DNA of 64,000 nt from Antechinus flavipes (GCF_016432865.1 NC_067400.1:612374001-612438000), one strand, 5' to 3'. Counted from the first letter of the stretch, positions 35,869 through 47,900 are shown. A program made the numbers and translations. The notes: generated by a model not told the origin, from the letters alone.

Positions 35869-36669
35869 CTAAGTATCTTTTCATTAGTTAAACTTTTTTG
35901 CTCTAGAAATAGCTGAGAGTGTCAAAACATTGCTTGACTGTCTTACAAATACTGAACATTTTCATTTTTTCAAGAGTAGTTCAAATTATGAAACTAATTT
36001 AATGGTCTCAATGATGGTTTCAATCTGACATAATTTAGCACTTAACCATGGAATCTAATTTATGAAACACTGAGGAGAAGTAACCCTGTGACTTTTGGCA
36101 CCTGGGTACACAGGAGATTTGGTTTGTTCTGTTATAGTCACAAATCAACTAGCATTTGACCACATCCACAAATTTTATTTCCAATGAAGTGGTTTTTGGA
36201 ATCAGTTATTTGTACACTTCATTCCATACAATATAGATGAATAAAATGTTGTTACTTAATTGCATTAGGTTATTTATATATAATCTTTTTAAAAATGCTT
36301 TTAGCTCTTTTGGTGGCATCATATAAATTTAGGACTATCCATAAGAACTAGAAAGCTCTGGCTTTTCTTCACCTTGGTATCATGTGACCCTGCCCACAAA
36401 GTCCCCTCTTGTGATTCTGGGAATTTTCATTGCTTGGAATTTTCTCTCCTCCTTTTCTCGGTGTCCTGGTCTCCCTGATCCCTCCCACTTTCGGCAAGAA
36501 GCCTTTTCTGATCCCTTTTAATAATAGTGTCTGTTGATAATCCCTAATTTATTCTGTATATTTTTTTGTTTGGACATGGTTGTTTGCATGTTCTCTGTTA
36601 GAATGCGAGTTCCTTGAGAGCAGATACTTTGGATGGTGCTTATCTGTTTTTACATCCATGGCAAAGGGC

Positions 36670-36895
36670 TGATACATAGTTGTTATTTATCCTTCTTTCT
36701 CAAGGACATTAGGGAGGGGATATCATGACATGCAAGTGAATTGGATTGAAGTGAGGGAGGGCTGTGTAAGGTCACCAGCCTCACTTTCCCCTCCCAAGCC
36801 ATCTGGGTCCAGTGGCCAGATATAGAGCAGGACGACCAGAGATGAATCCAGATGCAGTGAGAGACCTTGACCTTTTAAAGCCAAAGTCTTTAATG
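36670..36895. mobile_element. Marsupial RTE-related SINE (MdoRep1/WALLSI-like)
   Basis: CATGACATGCAAGTGAATTGGATTGAAGTGAGGGAGGGCTGTG...CACCAGCCTCACTTTC...CCATCTGGGTCCAGTGGCCAGATATAG resembles a common marsupial repeat; family assignment is from recall. Confidence 0.55.
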
Positions 36896-37988
36896 AAGTC
36901 TCAGTTTGAGTGAAGCAACATCTAGTCAGTGATTAATCTAGGAGGGGAAGACTCTCAGGGTTTCTGGCAGTTATTGTAGTTGCTGTTTACCTGTTTTTTG
37001 GTACCTCCAGCAAAGTGCTGGCACATAGTAGGTGCTTAAATAAAGCCAGACGCGAACATGGCTGGGCTTGTAAATAACCGTTTGAATTTGAGAGATCCAG
37101 AGGTTTGTAGCGGCAGCGGCGGGTAGGCCCAGAGTGACAGATGGCGATGGCTTTCGCTAGAGTGGCAGCAGTCGCTCGTAGCAGGGGATGCATCTGCATG
37201 GGAAGGAACAGGAAGAGAGTTGGCTCCGGCCTGGCCATTTAGCAGCAATCAAGTACTGAGAGTACACATGTTAAGTAAGTGGCATGTAAAACACTTAATG
37301 AGCAGTCCTGCTAACTGCTTGCTGTTCTGACGAATCTGATGATCAACCTCCTGGCAGATAGAAACATTAGTTATCAATTGTTACTGAATCCCACTTTGGG
37401 TTTGCCTTTGTGTGTGTCCTGTGATTAGCATTCCTTTCGTGTGCAGGAATAAATTACCTGTCCTGTCTCTGATTCTTATAAAAACACTGGGCACCTTTCT
37501 GACTCCTCCTTCCCGGGGAAGCTATAGATATAAGGAAAATCATCCCAGAGTTGCCAGTATAGGAGACAACATGGCAAAGAGGGAGAAAGCGAGAGTGAGA
37601 AAAGGAAGTCCTCTCTCATTGGACTTGGGCTTCCCCAGAACTTCCCCTTCAAACCACAAAAAAAAGCTCTTTTCCCTGCTCCCTGGGGAAGCATCTCTTT
37701 GAGGTTAGAATTTTATATATCTCCATGTATCCGTATCTAGATGTGTATAACGGTATGTCTCTAGCTATATATGTATAACTGGGAGGAATGTGTTTTGAAA
37801 TATAAATTGTTATTGTTATTTGGATGTGTTCTTTAACACGTCTGAATTGGGAGGGAGGGACAAAGAGACTCCAGTCCCATTAGAACATGGGGGAAGGCAG
37901 TCGGAAGGGAGAGGCAGGCTTCCTAGGTTCTATTATGTGACTTCATAAGAACTAGTTCACTGTGCTTCCTCTACTATCCCACTCCACC

Positions 37989-40544
37989 ATGCCTTCCATC
38001 TTGCTGTATCTCTATCTCTCTCTTCCTGGGTTCTGGGCCTTGGACTCCTTGAGTTGTCCCTCAGGAAGTCATTCCTGCCTGGCTTTCATCACCCCCAATC
38101 CAACTACTCTGTCATGCCCTGCCAAAGATTCTACCTGGTTTTTCCAGCCCTTATTCCACCCCTTCCCCAGGAAGAAGTTGGTGATCCCCGAGGCCAGTGG
38201 GGACCTCCACCTGCTGCATACCTCTACAGAGAGATCTGGTACCTACATCTGCCAAGATGAGGCGGGTAACACTCGGGCAGTGTACAACGTGGACTTTCAG
38301 GATGGGGCCAAACTCTATCTCAGTCACAGCGAGTTGGAACAGCAACCTCTGAAGAACCAGACCGTGGGAAACAGCAGCCAGTGGACACTCTTTACCCAGT
38401 GGGGGCCCTGGCAAGCCTGTGACCGCTGTGGCATTCAGGGGGAACGGAAACGTGTGGGCCTCTGCTATGCCAGGAGATCGGAACAGCAGGAGCTGCCCTG
38501 TGGGCTGGCCGACCTTAGCCCACAAGAGCTTCAGCGGGGGCCGGAGCTGCAGATTGAAAGCTGCTTTGTCCCCTGTGGGCCTAACGGCCCAGAATCCACC
38601 GTGGTACTTTATGGGACTTACAACCTGGAGGATAACAGCACTGTGTGGCTCAGTTGTCCCTTTGCCACCATCTACAGGTAACAGTATTCGGGCACCTTGC
38701 CCCTAGACTGTCCCTTTAACTCATAGAGCCCCTCTGTGCCTTCCTCAGAGGCTGCCATTAACCTCAGTTAGGCAAATCCTGCAGCTTCTTCCTTCCTCTA
38801 GGCACCTCCCTTGTTTTCTTAAGGTAGTAATTACTTTGATCCCCGGTGACGATTTATTCACCAAACCCTAACTTGTTTTCCTGCCCTGGGGTTCCCTAAA
38901 CTGCCTTGTGGTTGATCCTTCCTTCCTCAGCTTCCCCCTTCTCTCCCCTCCTTCCTTCCAAACATTTGGGGAACACATAATAACCTTCCTTTTCAGAGTT
39001 CAGAAACCTGTTTTGTTTCGAGACACACCCCAGCTCTTAGACATTCGCTTGTCCCCTTAGCTCTTGAACACTCAACGTGCCATTCAGCTAATAAACAGAT
39101 TAGTTGTAAGATTGTTGGGCTTTGGAGGTGTCGGGAGCGGAGACCCTGGAATCAAAAAGTCCTAGGTTTGAATGCCCCCTAAAACACTTTTAAGCTGGGG
39201 GATGCTGGGCAAATCACTTCCATGCTCTGAGATTCAGTTTTTTCCTTTATAAAGAAAAAGGGCTAAACTTAATGACCTCAGAAGGTATCTATGTATGTTC
39301 CTTTCCTTCCCTTTCCTCCATTCAGGTCCCACAAAAACTCTAGAAGTAAGACGGCCATGTCACTTTTAGAGGGATGGGAATTGTCTATTGGTCTGTGAGA
39401 TTTACTTTTATTTTTCTTGATGACGTGGATGAAGGCAGAGATGGCATATTAACACATTAATGACCTGAATTGTGAAGGGGTGGCTGCCATGGTGACCCAC
39501 AGCACTCCAGATTCTAAAAAAGAACTGGATGGATAGGCTCTAGTCGGCCCACAAGCATTTGTTAAGCACCTACTGTATACCAACTACTTTGCTAAGGCAA
39601 TAGATAGGCTCTGTTCTCAAGACACTTACTATCTAACGAGGGAAGATGATACCGCAAAAAAAATAAGAAGTAGGGAAGGAAGCCTGCAGCCTGTGAGAAA
39701 GGGTGAAATTACTTCCCTGGGCCCCTTCCTTAAGTGGAATATCTGGGAAGAGCTCTTTTTAATCTTTCTAATCAAAGGGAAAGAGGGAAAGACCCTCGGG
39801 ATGGGGTGGAGGGCGACAGACACTGAGGAGGTGTAGGTTTTCAGAGTTTGATGTGATGTTGGGTGGATTTTTAGATACCATGATGAAATCCAGGACTGTT
39901 GGATAGATCCATTTGGAATATTCATGTCAAGTCTTAGACTTAGATTCAGAAATCAATTTCTTTTCTTTCTTTCTCTCTTTCTTTCTTTATTTTTTTCTTT
40001 CTTTCTTTCTTTCGCTGAGGCAATTGGGGTTAAGTGACTTGTCCAAGCCCCACATCTAGGAAGTATTAAGTGTCTGAGATCAGATTTGAACTCAGGTCCT
40101 CCTGACTTCAGGGCTGGTGCTGTATTCACCAGAAATCAATTTCATAGGGACAAGATGGAAGGGATAAGACTAGCCTTTGGGTCTTCCTGCTAGACTAACC
40201 CCACGTGTCTCCCTTACAGGCCAGTGAGCTGGGAGGCCAAGGACATCTTCCCAACCTGGCTACAGCAGCTGTCTCCCAACAACTCGGGTCCAATCCTGGA
40301 TCTCCCCTCCGGAGGGAGTCGCCTGCGAGTGACCACTTCCGGCACTTACCGCTGCTACGTGAATCGCAAGCTGGTGGGACGCTTCGATGCCGCCTGGACC
40401 CACAACACCCCAGTGGCCCACAGCCGGTCTGAATTGATCCGCATCTACTCTGTGATTGAGGCTGTCATGGTTATGGCCGTGCTGCTCCTCATTCTGCTCA
40501 GCTTCATCCAAATGTGCAGGACCAAGCTGAGCAGCAATGTCTAG
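37989..40544 (+). CDS. FAM187B: Family with sequence similarity 187 member B (Ig-like, single-pass TM), 337 aa
   Basis: Exon 1 37989-38677 (Kozak CCACCATG; signal peptide; SGTYICQD..YNVDFQD; FTQWGPWQACDRCG; VWLSCPFATIYR; donor AG|GTAAC). Exon 2 40220-40544 (acceptor TTACAG; PVSWEAK..GTYRCYV..TM VIEAVMVMAVLLLILLSFI). Two-exon structure and position between LSR and FXYD5 match FAM187B. Confidence 0.88.
39958..40130 (-). mobile_element. WSINE1-like SINE with (TTTC)n tail
   Basis: GCTGAGGCAATTGGGGTTAAGTGACTTG...GGAAGTATTAAGTGTCTGAG..AGATTTGAACTCAGGTCCTCCTGACTTCAGGGCTGGTGCT. Confidence 0.8.
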
Positions 40545-40550
40545 GGACGG

Positions 40551-40556
40551 AATAAA
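40551..40556 (+). terminator. FAM187B polyadenylation signal AATAAA
   Basis: AATAAA 6 nt after the TAG stop. Confidence 0.6.
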
Positions 40557-40847
40557 GTGGGACCGTGACATTGGTCTCTGGTTGTGTGGATGATTGGACT
40601 GACCGCGGAGCGCCGCGCTTGGGGAGGCGTTACGATAGGGGGTGTCCGTGACCCAAACAGTAATCATCAGCCCTTTCAAAGTCTCATTTCAAATCTTAAA
40701 TCGGAGGATCTCAATTTTTTTGGAGGGAAGTCCTGGACATCTAGGGTAGAACCGATGGAGCTCAGATCTTAGAATGGTGATTTAAATGCATAAAATGAAG
40801 TACACTGAACTACAAAGGAAGCCAATTACATTGAAATAAAAGGGCCT

Positions 40848-41275
40848 GGGGCAGCTAAGTGGCGCAGGGGATAGAACATGAGGCTTGAAGTTAGAAGGAC
40901 CTGAGTTCAAATCTGGTCTTAAAAACTTAACACTTCCTAGCGATGTGACCCTGGGCAAGTCACTTAATCCCNNNNNNNNNNNNNNNNNNNNNNNNNNNNN
41001 NNNNNNNNNNNNNNNNNNNNNNNNNNNNNNNNNNNNNNNNNNNNNNNNNNNNNNNNNNNNNNNNNNNNNNNNNNNNNNNNNNNNNNNNNNNNNNNNNNNN
41101 NNNNNNNNNNNNNNNNNNNNNNNNNNNNNNNNNNNNNNNNNNNNNNNNNNNNNNNNNNNNNNNNNNNNNNNNNNNNNNNAAGGAGGGAAGAAGGATGGAA
41201 GGAAGGAAGGAAAGAAAGAAGGGAAAGAAGGAAAGAAATAAAGGAAGGAAGGAAGGAAGAAAAGAAAAGAAAAGT
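40848..41275 (+). mobile_element. WSINE1-like SINE with (GAAA/GGAA)n tail, interrupted by an N-gap
   Basis: GGGGCAGCTAAGTGGCGCAGGGGATAGA...GACCTGAGTTCAAATCTGG...ACACTTCCTAGCGATGTGACCCTGGGCAAGTCACTTAATCCC. Confidence 0.75.
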
Positions 41276-41531
41276 GGCCTTCTCCCCCTTCTCCATTCTT
41301 GGAACTCCACTGAAATCTACACGTAGATATTGTAGGGGTCTCTGGAGCTTCGGCGAAGTACTCCTGTCATAGCTTAACCTGGAAAGCCAGAAAGAACCTT
41401 TTAAGAACAATTAGCCTACCTTCCACTCCCCTTTTAGTTTACAGTAAGAAACTGAGGCACAGGGAACTTAAGTAAATGAACTAACATCCCTGGGTGATAA
41501 AAGAGGCAGCATTCGAACCCATGTCCTCTGA

Positions 41532-41767
41532 GGGCAGCTAGGTGAATCAGTGGACAGAGTACCGGTCCTGGACTTCAGAGCTGGCTTCAGACACTTCCTT
41601 AGGTGTGTGACCCTGAGCAAGTCACTTTGCCCTGTTCACCTCAGTTTTCTCATCTGCAAAATGACCTAGAGAAGTAAATGGCAAAACCACTCCAGTGTCT
41701 TTGCTGTGAAAACCCCAAATGGGGTCACAGAGACTTGGACGCCACCAAAACATGACTGGACAATAAC
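41532..41767 (+). mobile_element. MAR1-like SINE
   Basis: GGGCAGCTAGGTG...GTGACCCTGAGCAAGTCACTT...AAATGGCAAAACCACTCCAG...AAAACCCCAAATGGGGTCAC; related copies at ~43575-43800 (-), 45940-46040 (+) and 46170-46465 (-). Confidence 0.7.
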
Positions 41768-44738
41768 AGTCTCTGACCCTTAAGGCCGTTACAGTATGCT
41801 ACACATAAGTGCTAATCTTTTCAGATAAGGAAAATGAACCCCAGACAGGCCAAGTTCCTCACCCAAAGTCACCAGGGGAAAGTGGCAGAGATTTGAACTC
41901 AGGACTTCTGATTCCAAACCGTTGAACCACATGTGAGGCTCAGTATTAAGCACCTACTGTATGCCAGCCATGAGACTAAGTTCTAAGGATACAAAGAAAG
42001 GCAAAAATCAGTCCCTGCCTTCCAGGAGCTTATGGTCTAATGGAGAAGGCGCCATGCAGACTATTCTGTTTTTGCAGGATAAATTGGAGGTCCCTGGTTG
42101 GTGATAAGTACCAAAAAATACCCTTTTCCCTGGTTTTAAACGAGGAAACGGAGGTCCAGAAAGACAGAAGACTGGAGATTAAACAATTGGCCTTGACACG
42201 CACATAGCTGAGCCTGGGACCCCAGGCCTCTGTGCCTCGTGGCGCCTGTGGACGAGGGTCTCTGGGATCTCTGGGTGACAATGCACTCTGCATCTGTATG
42301 GCCAGGTGGGGGTCATCTGTGAGCGTCTCTGCTGTGTTGGCAGCTGCCCAGGTACCAAGTGACTGTTGAGGTGTCTAGAGGGAGTGGAGATCCTTCCAGG
42401 AGCCCCTGGCTGGGTGTCTCGGGCTCTACAGCTGACCGGCCTTTGCCCTTTCAGACACACCTGTCCCGGGGCCCATCCTTGGCTCTTCCTTGCTCTGGGT
42501 GACAGTTACCCACCACACCCTGCACGTTTCAGAGGAGGTCACTTCCTCGGCCATCGATGTCCTTGGGCGGTGGGGAGGGGTGGGCAGGGCTGGGATGATG
42601 ATTTCTCTGTAAATAAGGGCACCTGCACAGTGGGACAAGTACCTGTCTGAGCTCCTCCAGCCAGCCCCTGGCGAGCATAGGCCCACTGCAGATTCGAGCA
42701 GCAGAGCCTTCCCAGAACTTGGCTCCCCTGGGCAGTGCCCATAAAGCCCGGGCAAGTGGTTCCTGGCGGTGCAGTGGACTCTGAGCCAGCTGGCTTCCTC
42801 CCTGGCTCCGCGGTGCAGCAATGCTCCCTCTGATCGAGCCTCACGTCAGCCCTTAGTCATTCCGGGCAGCAGACAGCAGGTCTGCCAAGGGCCGAGGGGA
42901 GCCAGAGATGGGACAAAGAGGGGTGGGGCCTGGGCAGGGCCGCCACCACAGCCCCAGGCAGGAGCTCAGGAACCTCAGATACCCCTCTAGTCCTTTTTCT
43001 GTAGAAGGGGACAGGGAGGTCCAATGACGCCGAGTCACTTGTCCCAAACCCTCCTAGTCGTTACTCTCCCAGGTAAATTTCCAAACCCATCATCCTCTGA
43101 GACTTAGCTTTGAGGGGCCTTAGCTGTGGCGAGTTGGGAAATCCATGAACAACTATTAAATTTGTTCCAGGTCCTGAACAAAGACAAAAAGGGAATAGTC
43201 CCTGCCCTCGAGAAGCTTTTGTTTTATCCAGGAGGAAAACATGAATAAGTACATAAAAATGTACAGGACAATTTCATGGGAAAGACTTTGGAGTGTGATA
43301 AGGGGGTGGGGAAAATAGGAAGAAAGGCCTCCTGGGAAAGGTGACATCTGAGCTAAGAAAAAGCTGGGGGTTCTAAGAGGAGGCAAGCAAGGGGTGCACT
43401 GCAGGCACGAGAGGCACCTTATGCAAAGGTGTGGAGGTAGGAGGTAAGGTCCCATGTAAGGAATGGTAAGAAGGCCAATTCCCCCTAAGGTAAAGTGGTG
43501 AAGGAAAAGGATTCATTATAAGATGAGAAAAGTAGGCTGGAGGTTACATTCTGTCACTTGAACTCAAAATCTGGGGTTCTTTCAGTCTTGATTGACTCTT
43601 CGTGACCCCATTTAGGGTTTTCTCGGCAGAGATATCGGAGGGAGTTGGCCATTTCCTTCTTCAGCTCATTTTCAGATGAGGAAACTGAGGCAGACGGGGT
43701 GAAAGGACTCTGCCAGGGTCACACAGCTTCAAAGTGTCTGAGACCAGGTTTGAACTCCGGAAGATGAGTCTTCCAGATTCCAGGCCCAGTACTCTGTCCA
43801 GTGTCCCACACACAGGATAAATACAATGGAATATTGTATTGCTAGATAGAGCAGCAGAGAGAGTGCTGGATCTAGAGTTGGAAAGACCGTCCTAACAAGC
43901 CATGTAATCTCTCTCTGACTCAGTTTCTTTAACTATAATTTTATCATCTTTATTGTATGAGTCATTATAGTGATACAGTTCCTATTATATAGATGGTATT
44001 ATTATACCATATATATCATATTAATATTAATTATATACATTATATAATTATATTAATATTAATTATATCATATATTATATATAATAATATATTACATAAT
44101 AATACCACCTGCCTCTGAGGGTTGTGGTGAGGATCAAAAGAGAATATTGAAAAAGGCCTTTGGAAACCTTAAATGCGCACTATTAATATACTAACAGGAA
44201 GGATGATGGGGCATTTCTTTGTATTTCCCCAGCCTCACTTTGGATAGACAAGGTTTCCCCCTTCCATTTCTTCCCCTCCCTTCTCCTCTTCTTCCTCTTC
44301 CTCCTTCTCTTCCTCTTCTTCTTTTCTATGTCTGTCTCTCCATCTGTGTCTGTGTCTATGTCTGTCTCTGACTCCGTTTCTCTTTCTGTCTCTATCTCTC
44401 TTTCTCCCCTCCTCTTTTATCATCCTCTCATCTTACATTTCTTTATCTATATCTCCATACTGAGACCTCCCTCCCCAGGTGCTTAACGGTTGGGACTTCT
44501 GGCTCTGCACCCCCAGATTTAGCCCATGTTCTGCTAGAATCCCTTAGGATTCAGGAGATGAGAGTCAAGTCTTCAGCTGAAGCGGGATTCTGGGTGCTAA
44601 GTGGGGATGCCATCCGCTGACCAAGCTCTGACCCCTTCCCATGAATCCCATCCCTTCACGTCTGCTCAGCAGAACCTTCCACGGAGGAGATGCCCAGTCA
44701 AGAACCAACATCCATTCATTCATCTGACCTCACAAAAG

Positions 44739-44744
44739 TTTATT
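44739..44744 (-). terminator. FXYD5 polyadenylation signal AATAAA
   Basis: TTTATT on + strand ~250 nt past the predicted terminal stop. Confidence 0.65.
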
Positions 44745-44997
44745 GAGTATTTGGCACCATGCGGGGTGCTGAGAAACTCGGGATCTTAAGGGAGGACATC
44801 ACAGGCCAGGGAGACCTAGAAATTGGGAGGGCCGATGCCTTCCTGAGAAAGAGGTTATAATGATGGGAGGTCAGACAAAGGATCGGTCACTAGGACTTTC
44901 TTCTCAGAACTCCCTGCGCCTCCGGGGTGGCCAGAGCCTTGGGATCCTTCCGTGAACACCAGGGTTCCACCACTGCTTCCTCACTAGCATTGGGGCC

Positions 44998-47900
44998 TCA
45001 GGCCTGGGTCACCTTGTAGGCACTTTGAAGGTACAAAAGAACACAGTGAGATGAGGGACCTCCCGCCTCTGGCGCCCCTGGATCTTCCCAGCCATCCCCC
45101 CCAACCTCACTTACCTTCGCTGCTGCCTTCTGCACCAGCGGAACTGGCGGCATCGATCGCCTGAGACGTGGAATTGGGGGAGAACGAGAGAGTAAATTCC
45201 CCCCTCCTGGGATTGGAGAGGAGCCCCTTCCCAGTCCCTGGGCCACAGATGGGGAGAACTCACTCCAGAGGCGGAGGAGGGATTGACCCCCAGATCACAG
45301 GCCAGGCCAGTGGCAAGAGCCGGTGCAAAAACACATGTAAGAATCTTACCCCTCCCCAGCCCCGCCCTGGACACCGTGAGTTTCCCAGCTTCCCCTCCTT
45401 ACTAGTGAGGATGAGGATGCCGGTAATGAAGAGTACAGCAGCTGCAATTAAACCCCTCTTTCTGAGCGTATATTCATCTGAAAGAGAGAGAGGAGGAGGA
45501 GGGGTCAGGGAAGAAAAAAATAAGAGTTAGAGGGGGCCGAGGGGGAAGGAGCTCCTTCGTTTTTCCCACCGCCTCCCTTTCCTTGAGCCCCAAGTCTGGA
45601 TGGATGACTCACTGCTTTTGAAGGGATCCCACTTCTCCTCACCACCTGTGGAAGACACAAAGGTCAGAGGGAGGGGGGATTCTATCTTGCAGCCCCTTCC
45701 CCTTCCCGGGATAGTCTTTCTCCCTTAGAATGTAAACTCCCTGAGATCATGGACTGTCTGGTTTTTGTTGTATTCCTAAGACTGAGCAGCACTCCACGGA
45801 CTCTGTCCAAAGTCTTGACCATCCTAGACCAACTCCCTGAGAGTTGGCAGGATTTGAATCCAAGGCTTTTGAGGTCAAAATCATCCCTCTTTCCACTCTG
45901 CGACCCCCTCCCCCTGGTCTTGGTTTGAATTCAATTCAGTTTCTTCATCTGTAAAATGATCTGGAGAGGGAAATGGCAAACGTCCCCAATATCTCTGCCA
46001 AGAAAACTCCAAATGGGGTCAGGAAGAATCGGACAAACCGCAAAAAACGCTTAAAAAGGCCTGAGCCGTGCAAAGCCCGGTGCCAGGAGCCAGAAAGGCA
46101 AACAAAGAACAGGGCCACACCCTAATGATAACAGTAGCTAGCGCCGGTAGTTGGCGAGTCCCACCCTTCGGGACCCCCTTTGGGGATTTTCTTGGCAAAG
46201 ATACTGGAGTGGTTTGCCATTTCCCTCTCCAGCTCATTTTACAGCTTGGGAAGCTGAGGCAGGAAGAATTAAGTGACTTGCCCAGGGTCACTCAGCTAGT
46301 GTGGTTTGCCATTTCCCTCTCCAGCTCATTTTGCAGAGGGGGAAACCGAGGCAAGCAGGGTTAAGAGACTTGTCCAGAGACACTAGTTAGTGTCTGAGGC
46401 TGCATTTGAGTCTTCCTGACTGCCAACCCAATGCTCCATGCACTATGGCGCCACCTAGCTGCCCATAGCTAGCATGCAGCCCTTGAAAATTTGCAAAGCA
46501 CTTAATTGTATCCCAAACTTATACAGATGAGGAAACTGAGGCAAACGAGATCCTGAGAACCCAGGTCTCCAGCTTCCCAAGCCTAAGGTCCTCTCATGTT
46601 CTAGGCTGGTTTCTAGAGAGGAACAGCTGCAAGTGGATCCCAGAAGGGGAAAAGGGGGGAGGGGAGAGCCCGTTCCCATCACCTCCCTCCTAGAATGACT
46701 CCCACACTCTCTCACTGACAACTCTCCTGGGTCCCTCCCTCCTGGCCGGGGCTGGGGTACCTGAAAGCACTGACCTGAGGAGATGGGAGGCGTCGGGGGG
46801 CTCGTTCTGCTGCCCGCAGGAGTAGGGTCCGCGTGACCTGGAGAACAGGGGACAGAGACTGCATATAGCCCTGTGCTGGGAGGGGGACATGACCCCTGCC
46901 CTCGGGAAGCATGTGCTCTAAGAATGGCCAAAGGAACAGGAGGGCTCCTGGGAAGAGGGAGGGGCCAAAAGGGGGAGCCGGGAAAAGTTCTAGGAAAAAT
47001 CTGAGCCCATCGTTGAGATGGTAGAAAAGAGGAAAATTTGGCCCGTCAAAGAAGAGGAAAAACACTGAGAGATTATATAAAAATAAAGTATCTTGCATAG
47101 CAAAAGGAAGGAAGCACCCAGCTAGCATGGGGGAGGCCAGATTCGAACTCAGCACGATGGGTCTTCCAGCCGCCAAGCCCAGACTCTACCCACTGCCCCC
47201 ATACTGTTCCTGCCCATTTAGTTATCCAATCATCCATTTAACAAGCATCTCTCTGCTCCAGTTATCACCACTAAACTCCTCTCCTTCCTCTGCAGATCTC
47301 CATGACCCTGCTCACTCCTGAGTTCTGTGGATACTCTGGCTATTCTGCTCCCCCCCCCCCGCAGTCATACCCATCCAGCTCCTCTGTACTGATCTCTTGG
47401 TGGCCTTGACAGCTCCCAAGGGTTCAGTTATCTCTCATGCTTTCAACTCTCCCTTCTTCCATTATTCTCTCTCTGGGTCTCTGGGTCTCTTTCTCTCTGT
47501 CTCTATCTCTTTCTTTCTCTCTGTGTTTATCTCCCTCCCCCTCTCTCTTCCTCTGTCTCTTTCTTTCCCCTTCCCTCTTTACTTCCCTCCTTCCCCCATC
47601 TCTTTTCTCTCTGTCTCTCTCTCTTTCTCTCTCCTTCCTTCCCTCCCTTTCTTCCTCCTTCCTTCCCTATTTCCCCCTCTCTCTTTCTCTCTCTGTCTCT
47701 TTGTCTGTCTCTCTGTCTGTATATGTGTCTCTTTCTCTTTGTTTCTCTCCCTCCCTCCCTCTCTCTCTGTCTTTCATTCTCTCCTTCTTTCCTTATTTCC
47801 CTCCCCCCTCTCTTTTCTCTCTGTCTCTGCCTCTCTCTCTCTCTCACATACTCTCTCTCTCTCTCTCTCTCTCATTATAAAAAAAAAGAAATGAAGAAAA

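Noticed and set aside
37962-37988. ORF-track start of FAM187B at 37962
   Set aside because: GTG start; the ATG at 37989 has a Kozak context and directly precedes the signal peptide.
42000-43050. FAM187B-like pseudogene or other gene between FAM187B and FXYD5
   Set aside because: Short GC-rich ORFs with no similarity to FAM187B or any family I recognise.
47316-47440. Possible extra FXYD5 mucin exons (donor-like sites at 47315 and 47370; acceptor near 48770)
   Set aside because: No matching acceptor/donor pair with an open phase-1 frame.
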